A DNA stretch of 48,105 nucleotides, from NCBI GenBank assembly GCA_000934665.2, contig JYFJ02002969.1:1-48105 (forward strand). The letters are read 5' to 3'. Origin of the DNA: Catajapyx aquilonaris. Its lineage: Eukaryota. This document shows positions 10,201 through 22,859 of the stretch, piece after piece. Within the stretch, counting starts at the first letter, position 1. The number at the start of each line of letters is the position of its first letter. The notes beneath the pieces are model-generated. The model saw nothing but the letters and a program-made list of their open reading frames with translations. It did not search any database and was not told where the DNA came from. Made by a program: the position numbers and the translations under genes.

Positions 10201-13200
10201 CATCATCGCGGCGGTGGCGGGCTTAGACTAATATAATGCTGGAGTCCGCCATTGGCGTGTGTGCAGAGCGTTACCTGTCCTGGCTCCTCCCCTTTGCATG
10301 GCCACCGGCTTCATATTGACAAAGTGCACCCCTCTCCCTTCCAGCTCCCTTCTCTTATTCTCTCTCGACTTGTTAGATGCGTGTCGTGCAGAGGTGCAAC
10401 CAGTCGCCAAGAGACAGTCGGACCCAAGGATAGCAGGGAAATTCATTCCTGCTGACTGCCCCTATATGTCTACAGGGTGTCTCCTCATCATTCAAGCAAA
10501 AACAGCCGATTCCTCATCACCAGATGATTTGCTCTCGGATGCTATGCGTTACAGAGGGCTTCGAGCATTTTTTTGAAGCACCCTGTACGTAGGGTTTGAA
10601 TGGAGGCCCCGCCCCTCCAGCCATAGGTATAAATCAGCGTGGAATCCGGGTCCCCCTGCCCGGATCAGAAGAAGCCCCCCTCCAACCAACTTTGGCGATA
10701 AATCATCCTCCGGCAGCTGGTAATCGCCTATATAGCTTGGCTGGGCTGGATGCATGTTCGGGGACTCACCTCCCCTGGCAGCATGTAATGTACAGGACTG
10801 GGGGATTTGGGGGATGGGGGGGAGGGGGAGGGGGTGATGGGCTCCCAGCACGCAAATGCCCACCACTTATTCGGAGGGGGGGACGATTTCGGTGAATCCT
10901 GGCCCCCTCCTCAGCATGCATGCGTTTAAGCAGTTCTATCCCCTCCGTTTGGATTACGCAAGATTCACGTGGACATTGCTTCTCATTTCGGTTATGAACC
11001 AGCCACATTCTTCCTCTGTCCAGTACTTCAAAAATAACTAATTGATTAGCAGATATGAAGCTTAATCGACTCAAATATTCCCCTACAACTTCGTTCAGCA
11101 GAAGCAGGTATGAAAAATCACGCACCACCAAAAGTGATGTATATGCTATGGAGTAATAGGCCTCTTTTTTTTTGCCTGCCATCCAGCCCCTCTCCCTTTG
11201 CATGGATGGTGTGATGGTGAACACAACAGGAACCCAGATAATGAGGCTTCCAGGGAGATTAATTAGAAAATAATTTTGACACCGGTCCTATGTTTGATTG
11301 TCAGGAGAAGCGAGGGTATCGGGAGGGTTAGGCAGCAGAAAAAGAAAGCTAGTTCCCCCCCTTCTTGGATGTATAGAAGGGACCTGGGAGAGAGAAGCCC
11401 TCCCAAACACACCTCTTGGTTCCTTCATTTTCATTGGCAAGAAAATTGAAGCCGTTGCAGTCCGGATCGATAGGACTAGGGACGCTTTTAGAGGGAGGGG
11501 GAAAAGGGGGGAAAGAGGGGAGCACACGTGCTGCTTGGGTGCTAATAATCAACTCGCTTTTATCGCCTCGGTATTATGTGGTGGTAACTTGTGGCCAACC
11601 AGAATTCGACCAAGGCTTGGACGGTACAACCACCACACGTACTATTTGTTTCCAATCTGCTTGTCTCAGTAAAATAAACAAGGTCGAGTGTATGTCGCTG
11701 GTTTTCTTTCGGTTGACGTGTACAAAAGGACTTGTGGCAGCTCGGTGTCAACAGCAGAGTGGGGGTCACCCGACACTTGAAACCCAATTCCCAGGAGTTG
11801 TCCCCCAGAGTTTGGCCACCAATTTGTCACGTCGCATTAGCATGATGGCCTTTGGAGGGTTGGGAAGATAAACTGGGTTATACCGGGTGCCGTCGCATCG
11901 TTAGCCGCGACTGACAACGGCCGATAGACGCGCCTCTTATCTTCTGGAAAGGCGGCCTGCAAACTGCACCTCCAGGATAACCCGGGCACTCTAAGGTCAC
12001 TTCCGGCGTCTGTTGTGACATGTACGTGTCGTGGCATGCGAAAGTCCAGCCATGTTTTCCTCTGGCCGTGACGCGCATCCAATCGAGAGTTATGTAATGA
12101 TGCTTCGGAGGTCATCGGGCGAGTGATGCGAGGACAGTGACCTGACGCAATGACGCGTCAATTACAGCGGGTCATACACTCGCGAGAGCTGTCAACACGT
12201 GACATAACTTGCTGTGTGCAGGCAGCAGCCAGGTGATTAATTAACATGCACGAGAACCTTGACCGCTTAACACACTATTCGTCGGATAAACTCCAGCAGT
12301 CGTGGATAATTAGAACCGCCCAAGTTCCAGGCGGGGCAAGTTAATCACCATTAGCCTCCCAGCAGTAGTGGGTGAAAGTCTGCCACTCAGCCAGAGTCAC
12401 GAGACCGGAAAGTCATAACCCGCATAAGTCCAGTTGGCTATTTACAAGGCCAGCGAGTCTTTATGAAACAGATGCGTTGCGAAATATTGTCGACAAAACA
12501 ATCGGTGGCTTTAAATTCGGAATTATCGCATTTTTGGTCCGCGAAATTCACCAGCGGACAATGTTGGTGGACATCCTGCTGGGTTGTCTACCGCCCAGGA
12601 TACGTTTGAGCTTCTACATTTACTGCAGCGCATTTTTGTCACCTGCAATACCTGGCAGTCCACACACTCCCACGCACCCAGTATAATTCTTAGCATCACG
12701 CATCTCGGCAGACACAATGACGCGTCCCCCCGACCAGCAGCTAGAGAAAAAAGGGAAGAAAGAGGAGAGAAAAAAAAGCAAAGCGAGAGGAGTGTTAAAT
12801 GTGTTCCGTCACGCAGGGTGTTTATCCGGAAAGGACAAAAGAAATGATTGTGGACGGAAGTGGGTGTGAAGACGGGCTAAAGGGTCGTTATCGCGTTGAC
12901 AAGGGCGGAGCCAGTGTCAACCCGGGTCCACAGGACGGTTTTTGGTGGCTGCATGCTGCTGCTTCGGGAGGCAATGTGATAAGACCAAGGCTAATGAGCC
13001 AAATGGGAAGGCTAATTGGGCTGAACCTGTTTCCTTCTACTATACGCACACATACACAGGTGCTGCCCATTGCGAGTGACGCAGCTGGCCGGACACCACC
13101 GGCCAAAAGACTAGTGGCCAGAAGTCCTATGAAGAAGAAGAAGGAAAAAATTGGGGTGTGGGAGTCGTGGAAAAATATACGGTTGGAGAGAAAAAAAAAA

Positions 13201-16200
13201 ATGTTGCCAGGTGCTGTCAGGACCAGTTTTTGGGCTGGCGTGCGCGGGCGGCACAAGCAGTGTTGTCAGATCCAAAGTGCTGCAATATCTGGACTTATTA
13301 CGCGATTTGAAATCACTCCCCCTCTTTGTGCTAGTGGTTGTGCTGGTGGGTTTCCAGGGAGTTGCGCTGGTCTGGAGGAGGATGAGTGCGCAGCGGCAGC
13401 AGCATGGGGCCGATTATATCAATATAGCCTGCCTCTCTCTGCCTCCCTGAAGAGCCAAAAGGAGACATGCGCAGGTCACCCTAGGGTCGAAACACACACA
13501 CAGAATGGCCGACCCTGATGCACTAGTCCACAAAATCATCCGAACCCATGTGCATTGGCATCATGCTTTACCTATATATACAGGCAGCAGCCACCCCTCC
13601 CAATTAATAAATTCCTGAATTCAAACACCGGTGGCGATTAGGCGGCTAAGTGTCACGCGATGCAAATTTTGGCCCGGGGGAAGGAGTTTTGCAGAACATT
13701 AGTAATTTTCAGAGGAGAGATGCATATTTGCATGTTCGTGTGGCTATAGCTAGTTCTCTTTTTTGACCTACATGATGGTGTGCTGCTGTGCTCGGACCTT
13801 GAAGGCACGTACTTGCTCTTTTTTTTCATTCAGTCTGTAATATACGGCCTGTTCTCATAGCTCGTTCCCATGCTCCCACTGACATGACACCCAGAGTATA
13901 ATCCGACGACTGAAACTGAAAGTTAAGATGTAATTATTCGCCAGAAAAAAATAAAAAGGTACCGGGGCAAATTCGGGGAATGTAAAAAAAAATGCGTCCG
14001 GAATCGCACATCACGCACCGGTGGATTCAAACCAGACGCATTTTCTTGTTTCATTTCCTCCGCGACGTGCCTAAAAATATATAACGTTATGAGGCTTCCC
14101 ATATACAAATGTTCATCACAAACTTATAGGATTAAGGTAGGTTAGTTCCAACTAATGATAATGAATTTGGCAGCACCGGACACCCCCAAAAAAATGGCTG
14201 GACATTTTTTCTGTCCTTTTTTTTAAACGTGTCCCTGTCCTCTCCATCATTGGCATTCCAGTGTCCCGAGTTCCCGAGTATTTAAAAAAATCCCAGAACA
14301 GTTGATTCTCGTGGGAAAAGGTCCGCATGGGGTCAGGTCGGGTGCGACCGATGGAGGGGGGCTGGGGGCAACAAATGTCATTCGGAGTCTTGCCTGTCCG
14401 GGGGGGCACAACAAATGACGGACGGCGAACGCGCCTCGCAGCAGGGAAATGCCCAGAATTGACAACGTGGATTTTCTTCTGGCTACCTCTTTCTGTGGGG
14501 GGGCTCGGCCCATAATCGTGACCTCAGACCCAAACCACCCTCCCAGTCTCTATTAACAAGGTCGAGTGAATGTCCACCAGTCAATGTCAACCGGTACTAG
14601 GAAAATGCTATATACCGCATACTCGCATTTTATATCAGGCTTACAAGAAACATGACTTCGTGTTATGACAGCCATATACATAATGCAGGGTTGCTCGCCA
14701 AGTTCAGCCCAGAAGGTACGGGAAACGAGCCACCCTGTGTGCATCAAGGCCAGCAGTGTCGGACAGGTTGGCCTGACGAGCCACCAACGATAATTTGGTG
14801 GTGATGCGTCCCGTCAGTGTCCGGCAGTCCGCAAGGTGCCAAGTGACAGTCCATTTGTCACATCCCGACTTCCCCTCCATAGTAATTATATTACACTGAA
14901 TGAGGAGGCGCACGAAAATAAACGCATGATCCAGTGCGTGTAACGAGCGTGTTTGGACTTATTTATTTGGCCAAGACTCAGGGTGGTGGTGGAGGGGGAA
15001 AGAGAAAAATTTTGTGGCATGTTTGTAGAGAGAGGGGGGTTCTTAGTAAGGGTTGGTGGCCGCTGGCGCCAGCTGAGGCGAGGCAAACCTTTATTTGTCC
15101 CCGGGGCGCCTATCAGATGGGACGCGATTCAAAGCGCGCTCCCTTGCTATTGCAGCCAGCCAGACAGACAGACAGAAAGCAAAGCAAAGCAAGAAGCCAA
15201 GATTGAAAAACTTCTAGCCCACCAAAAAATATATCCAGACCGCACCTATTCTGCATAAGTGCGAGATAAAAACCTGCCGATTCAGCTGCTCTTTATACTC
15301 GACGACCCATTAGCCTGTCCCTTGTGCTGTTTTTAGATTTGTAGCGTGGCCTTCAGCGGATCCGTATCGGTGGAAATCTCTCGGACGTTCGCCTGCATGA
15401 GCAAGACATCACCTAACCCGATGCACCAGCTACGCGACATAAGTCAACCCCGCCCAGGCTGGGAAAGGTGGCATTTATAATAGCGAGGGGAGATGGCCAG
15501 TGTACAGCGGGTCAAGCCTTGTAAAGGATGTGACGCCCACCCACCCACTGATGTCACGTCACAAAATGACGCAGCTGGACGCTACGCAAACAAACCAAGA
15601 GCAAACGAGTGTCCACAAGCAATGGCCCCCTAAATCATACGACTTGCCCCTTGGGATTACCGCTATTTTATTATATTATTTTTTTTGTGTGTATATTGTG
15701 TGTCTATACCCCCACCTCCTCGCCTCCCCCCACCCTTACAAGTTGGCGTGACGCACCGGCCCATTCGTACATGTATTTATGAACCTGGCTCCGGAGGAAT
15801 TAGACTGGGATCGCGTGACGGGACGAAACCCCTTTTATCCCCACCACTCTCTCTATAAACCCACTCCTCAGCCAGCATGAAGCATAAGCCCAACATTGCA
15901 GCATAATAACACACACCCACATTATATGTCACTACACATCTTCCATACACCAACATTGCCTCGGCACGAAATGGTCAAAACCCGGTTGATTCATGATCCT
16001 GCAATATTCAAGTGTCCATTTCAGTGATAAGGTATTATTCACAAAAATATTATACTACTGTACGATGTGGAGTCTCCTAAAAATGGTATCAGCCATTGAG
16101 ATTATGTAAAGGTGATTCCCAATGAGGCTTTGTCGCCTCCGAACATGACAAGTGGGTTCGAACTGGGTTCCGTTTTGTGTGCGAGTGCGTGAGTGTGTGA

Positions 16201-18872
16201 GAAGGGCGGGCCATTAATTGGCGCCCTTGCTGCATTTGAGACGCAGAGAATAAAGAGAGGAAAACCTGCTCGACCGCATCTTCCATCACGGGTATAACCT
16301 GGACCGCATGCAAGAATTTCATTCCAAAGTTATACAGACCTAGTTCCGTGACTCTTCACGGCTCTACTTCTTGTTTCTTTTTTTTTCAGAGGAGGGAGGG
16401 AAAATCGCATTAATGTTTTAATCACAGGGTTGCCACAAGTTGCACGGGGAGAAGGGGCGAGAAAAAAAGGCATAAATGGCGTAGCTCAACTGATGCATGA
16501 TTCGTAGTGCAGAATAGTGCACTCTGGTAAGGTTGATACTTGATACTAAATTTCAATAGATATAGGTAAATAGATTTTTCCCCATGAAATTCGTTGGTGC
16601 AAATTATTTTGTGGTGTACCATATTGCCTGACTCTGTGGCCAAAAAGTCGTTATTTACCCCCAAAAATGTGAGGAGCGTTATTATAGGCTGGTGCAACGG
16701 CGATTGCGGCTGCTTCCGCTGCTGCCTCCAGGCGGGAGGGGGGGGGGGGGGCAAAACCCCCCCTCAGTCATCGCTAATTAAAGCCTTTAATAAGGCCAAT
16801 TTTGAGCGGGGCAATTACCCCAATTACCCCCGCTTCACTCTGCCGCTGTGCTTTCAGAAGAAGAAGAAAAAAAAGCCAAGAGACGCAAACATATCTGGAA
16901 AGTATTGTCCCGTAAAACGATCCAGAGTTTTCTTCCCCTCCAGCTCAATTTGTCTGGCGCATAACTGTTATCTCTTCAACTGAAACAAGGGATGGTTACT
17001 CCCTTAAACTTAATTAATGAGTCGGGGGGATGCTACCCCCATCCCCAGGTTTGACACTTTCCGGCGGGCAGACCACAATAATTGTTATCACGTGGGTCTG
17101 CCCCGGGGCAGCCCAAGGATAGCCAGTCTCACCCCCCCACCTTTGAAAGAAAGAAAAAAAAATGAAAACCTGCAGCAAGCTTTTATTCCTGTGGATCGTC
17201 CACTTTTTCTCGGGGCATCCTGAGGAAGTTTTTCCGGTCATTATTTCTACCACTTAGAGAGCCCTCATTTCCTGCTGGCCTCTGCCTTCTTATAACGTCC
17301 GCAGAACAAGCTCTCCTCTTAACAATGACCCGTGTATTATTATTGCTCGCTGACCATTCAACCCAGCATTGCACAATTTTACATGATGTAGTACGCATCC
17401 AGCGTTATCATCATGTGTCCGGCCTTGAGGGGGTCGAACAAAAGCGGTTTTTTTCTGAGCAGGCGTAATTATGATGATATCGCGGGAGCTAATTATGACA
17501 TGACCTACGCTAAGAACGCAACGATGATAATTCCATACATTTCGCTAGATCGTATGTACCACTGTTGTTATATCAATATATGAGGGCAATCAGTGTGATG
17601 AGGAGGAAGCGGGCACTTGTGGTGTATGATGCCGGCTTGGCTTGGAGGGGGCCCCAATTTGCGGGCCCCCGGGTGCGCCCCCGGGGTCGAAATTGATAAG
17701 CCTCCCGCTGCCCTGAGTGACGGAGTCGGCTCCGGCTGATTCCTCCTCCTCCTCCTCCCCCAAAAAGGGCCATCTGCGCGCAAGGGCCCCCAAGATCATT
17801 TTAATTCATTACGCCGTTCCTGCATGCTGCTGGTGAGGAGAGGTGGGCAGAGACTGGCGTGTAATTTGNCCCCTTAAACCACCACCTGGACTTATAGCCC
17901 ACCCCCACCCTCCAGAAAAGAAAGATAAAAAAATAGAAAGGGGGAGGAGGTGCACCCCCTTCTTTTGCCACCAGCTTACTTATCAAGCTGCCCCTCAACT
18001 ATTTTCGGATAAAAAATTTATTTTGTTTCTGACTGCAGCAGACGTGCGTAATGGGCGACGTTGCCTGGATTTTTCAAACGAGACCAAATTGTGCGGATGG
18101 GGAGGGAAAATTGTGCAAATACAATTTGCATGCACGTGAAGGTCAAAAATGCTAATTTTTTTTAAGCGGGCATGAACGGCTGTGGGTCTGCTGTGCCTCG
18201 TTGGAATGAATGGTCATTATTGTGACGTTGAGTTTGCACAACCCGAGGTAATGCTCCACTGACGCAAAATGTGCCCTGTGTATATGCAAAATTGCGAGCA
18301 AATATGAATGGAGCAAAATGCAGGCTGAAGCTTACAGAAAGCAAGCTGTACTGCATAATTGGCTAATTGATATCAGGTGACCAGAGCTGAAGTATAAGCG
18401 GGTCTTCAACTATATATGCCCCCCTTATAATGAATCCCAGGTGCTGCTGCTGCCGTCGACTGGGAGGCAAATGCGAGGGCCGTTGTTTCTGGCCTTAATG
18501 GCCACTTCCCATCGGCCCCGGGGCAAAATGAAGGGGGCCCCCTCATCCAGCGAGCAAGCAGACCGTTTAGCTGAATGCGAGGGCGGGCAAAAGAGGGGCG
18601 ATCAAAAGGGCCGTGGTCGGGCTAAGTGCTGCCAGTCCCGGCCTCTATTCATTTGTCATTTCATCATCAGTTTGGAGGGAATGGGGGGGGGGGGGGGCTG
18701 CCTCCTCCATAAGTATGTATGCCTTTTTGCACACCCCCCCCCCAGTCCTCCCTCCTCTGACTGACTTTGGGCTGTCATCTGCCTAATTGGCCACTCCTCG
18801 CCGGCTCTTCCTGCAGCATGCCAAACTCACATTACTTTACAAGTCAGTCAGTCCCAAGAACCTACCTCAGGC

Positions 18873-18928
18873 CTCTCTCTCTCTCTCTCTCCCTCTCCCT
18901 CTCTCTTTCTTTCTCTCCCTCTCCCTCT
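18873..18928. repeat. Imperfect (CT)n microsatellite
   Basis: ctctctctctctctctctccctctccctctctctttctttctctccctctccctct run. Confidence 0.85.
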
Positions 18929-21900
18929 TTTTTTTTAAATGTGGCTGCTAGCGAAGGGTCAAGTTTTGATAAGAGCCCCCGATTCCTGAGGCAAAGGTGA
19001 TATTTGCATGCTGCTACTTGACGTATCAAGAGAATAAAGAGAGCAAAGTTATGTGCAAATGTTGCGTGCAGAGAGTCGTGCAGTTTCACAGCGGGTGACA
19101 AAAATGCTGTGGCCTCGGAGTGAGCGTTACAGGGCGCAGGCGGATCGTGATTGGTGCCCCGACTTGACGTATGCTCCTTCCGGGGCGCAGGTGACGTAAG
19201 CGGTCGCAATATCTATTATTTTTATTTTATTTTATTTCATCCCGTTGGGCTGTGGCCATTAGGGGGATCAATATCTATAATGTTAAAATCCTATTCATGT
19301 TGTATATGCCAATGCATTCTGATTGGTCCGCCGGATAGTGTTACTGCGACGCTCACGATTGGTTCCCGCTCTGCGCAGGCGTAATGGGGGTGGAGGCAGC
19401 GCCTCTGGTGGATGGGAGGAGGAACTATCCATTCGGTCGTTGTCTGCCGGATAGTCTACATCTTGGTCTACAACGCTACCTCCCGTCCCCCGCACCCAGT
19501 GAGCTTTCTGTTATTGTGTATAACATGGTGTTCACCATTGATCATTTCTAAAGTGAACAGTGCTCAAAATTTCTAGTCGCAACGATTATTTGTAACTATA
19601 ATTGCAAAAATTAATTGAAAACCTATAACAGTATAGCTTTTAAAAAATTGTTTTGCCAGTTTGAAGTTTAGTACAGTGAATAAAATGAGTTATTTGTGAC
19701 TTGTGACATGTCGGCAGATGTTGACTGCGTTATTGGAAGGTGCACCCTGTACAGTGCTCCTGAATAATTCATGCCCCGTGCATACTCGAGCCTTAATATA
19801 AATAGCGCAGCTTCTAGGCCCGCTTTTGCCGACAGCAAATGCCATACACACACTGCAAATCCGGGCATAAAATATCGGTCATGCAGCGGTTGGTCGGCGT
19901 CTCTTTCATGTCGCGCTTCCCGGGTCGCGATTCGCGCTTGGTCACGACCCGAACTCCCGGACCCACAGAAAGTGTCCTCGACACTTTTTCTTATTTTGGG
20001 AAGAACCCTTGGTTATAAAGGCAGCATTTTCCGAAAATATGATGATGTTAGTTTTTGTCCCTTCCGATGGTGGTGGTCTGGTCCGTTGGGACAGAGATAC
20101 TGTGGGGGGCCTGGCAGTCCATTATGCCCGCGAAAGGGGACGGACGGAGCTGTCATCGCTTTACGGGCGTCGTAAATCGGGGCGACGTCCTCAGACGACT
20201 GTCACACGCCGCCGGAATGCGGCCCAAGGTTGGCATTCCTGGCCCCATACGCATACTTTGTGCTCCTCGTACGCTACCGCATCATGTTTATACAACCAGG
20301 GTGGGCCCACTCATGGCCCTCCCCGAATTTGGAGGAGAAATTATGTATTGTTCAATCCCCAGCTACCAACGAATTATAACTCAAAAACCAAGCAGACATA
20401 GTATTTGCCCTTAACTGTCATGGCGGCCAGAAGCATTGCATTATTGCGCAGGCCTTTTGCCCCAAAGTGTCATGGAGTCAGCTCCTGACTCATCGTTCAA
20501 GTTTCGGTTATACCAATTTATATTTATTGGAAGCAAACAACAATGACGTGATTATCCTCCTCGTATAGAGTGGTTGATGGTATGAAGGCAATGCGTCACT
20601 TTTTCATGTACCTTTTACTTGAATAAATTGTGGACTTGTGGAGTTGTACCACCATGTAAACCATACACGTGCGGAATTCACATCAAAAGCAAACAAGTGC
20701 AGGAGTGACAGATGCGCTGCCATAGAACGCGTGGCGCTTGTGCAATAATAGTCTAATTGTAAGCTAATTGAAGCATTCCTAGGAGCAGACCACCGTCACT
20801 GAATTAATGTCCGACTGCCTGTAAAAATAGCCACTGTATAACTGTGGGTGTACACGGCCTTTTCATATTCAAACCCTTTTTTATATCCTTCGAGTGCAGG
20901 CCAGGAATATGCGCATATGTCTCGGAATGCACTGGTCTACCGGTATAGAAGCGATGAGTAATTGGACAGGCCACAGAGATCACCAGACATTTACACGGAG
21001 CTACAGAGTAAAAAATCAGCCTAAAAACTTCCGGTAAGCAGTGATTGGTCCATTGGGCTGGCTTACACGCTTCTTATCAATTAAGAAGGATGTGTCCAGT
21101 CGTATAACATCAATGTCATCGTATAAGTATGTCTGAAATGGCTTCCAACTATACCTTCCTAACATTGGCTGTCCGAATGTACAGAGAGGGACAGAATGGA
21201 CCTGCCTGCACCTTTTGCCATATATTATAGAGTGTCCTGTGTTGCGTATGACAAAAGGGAGATGGCTGCACGCAAAGGGAGGCGTATACACTATATACAG
21301 CACTGTACAAGAGGCGAGTCATTCCTGCTGGGCATCCGGCATCATCAGCAGCACGAAACTGCTGCACTGCATCTACTACTATATCTCGGCGCCAAATTCC
21401 GGGAATCCGCACATGCAGAAAATTTATGCGAATCCGGCCCAGGCTCTCTTCCTTTTGGCTTAAATCACCACGCTGCTGGCCGGACAGCGGAAAAGAGGAG
21501 GTGGATGGGGAGGGTTTGTGTGCTGTGTGTTGGTATAGCTCTCGGACCATATCTCAACCCTTCTGCCGCCGCAACTGCTGGAGGAATGCGCTTCCTTCCT
21601 GCATGACCACCACCTAAACCCATACTCCAAACCCCACTAACCACCAACAAAAAAACAACATTCTGGATTACATATATAGCTGAAGCCTCTTCTATGTCTG
21701 CTGGGTGAAACGAAGATTTTTTTCTCTAAGGAATCCAAAATTACAGCTCAGGAAACTATACTGATCATTTCTGCCACCGGGAATAGAAGCACGTAGAAGA
21801 CGGGTTGTGTGTGACGTGGGCAGAGCAGGTGCACCGTCCGATATAATATCTGTGGTGGTATGTGTGTGTTGTGTATAAATGCGATTTGATGGGCCCGAAC

Positions 21901-22791
21901 GGACCAATAATCCCCACCTTCCCGTGAGCAGCATAAGAATGGACAAGCCCTGTCACTCCGACTGTCAGACCAAGTTGGCCCATCCTATTTTTCCTCTCAG
22001 TTTGGTTTGATTATTGTTACATTGCTTCTTACCACCCTGTGGCCCCACACACACACTATATTTATTCCACCAAGCTGACCATATTCTAGATGTACGGTGT
22101 AGGCCCAAATTGGAAGGACAATCAGCGGGACATCGCCTTATTGTTTTAATTTAATCGGCAAGCATCAGTCACCCGGTAGCCTTGTGCCATTTTGACAATC
22201 TATATTTATCAGTGAATTAGTTCCTGCAAAGGGCAGTCCCCGTCGCATGATTCTGGTCGGCCTAAAAGCTGATGGACAACGGCTTGAGTTGGGCCCTGTG
22301 ACGGGCATAGTTCAGACTATTATAGCAAACACCAGCAACAAAATTCATTTCCGCGCTGTTTTTGACAATATGTTAATCCAGAAGTTTCTGACAACCTCTG
22401 CATCGAGTCGCTGAATAAAAACAATGCGTATTCCCAATTCATGAAGTGTTTAAACCGAAGTAATAAAGCTCATCGAATGGCGTGACTGTTTTCTCCAGAA
22501 AATTTTATAGCTCCATGTACCGTATATTTTAGAGAAGATACATGCCGCGAGGTTAATAAGTTATATCTCAAATTCGTATCTGTAAAAAAATCTCGCTAAT
22601 TTACATAACTCAACGTCTTCTCACCTTCAATTTTGGCAGTGATCTACCACAGATTTGACAAGGTGTATATATGTATATAAGTACGTACAGTTCACAATTT
22701 CAAACAGCACTCGTTGCTATACTAAATAAATGAGTGGCTGATTCCAGTTGAATATGCAACTGAATATGTCTCGCAATACCCACGTAAGTAG

Positions 22792-22859
22792 ATTATAGCG
22801 GCCATGTATACTGTACAGTACATGAATTATAGCGGCCATGTATACTGTACAGTACATGA
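22792..22859. repeat. Perfect 34-bp tandem duplication
   Basis: ATTATAGCGGCCATGTATACTGTACAGTACATGA at 22792-22825 and 22826-22859. Confidence 0.95.

Noticed and set aside
12799..13518. 239-aa plus-strand ORF in the long intron
   Set aside because: No recognisable domain; runs through A-tracts and low-complexity DNA.
8700..17869. Single N bases at 8700 and 17869 next to C-runs
   Set aside because: Assembly ambiguities rather than biology; they make the exact intron length slightly uncertain.
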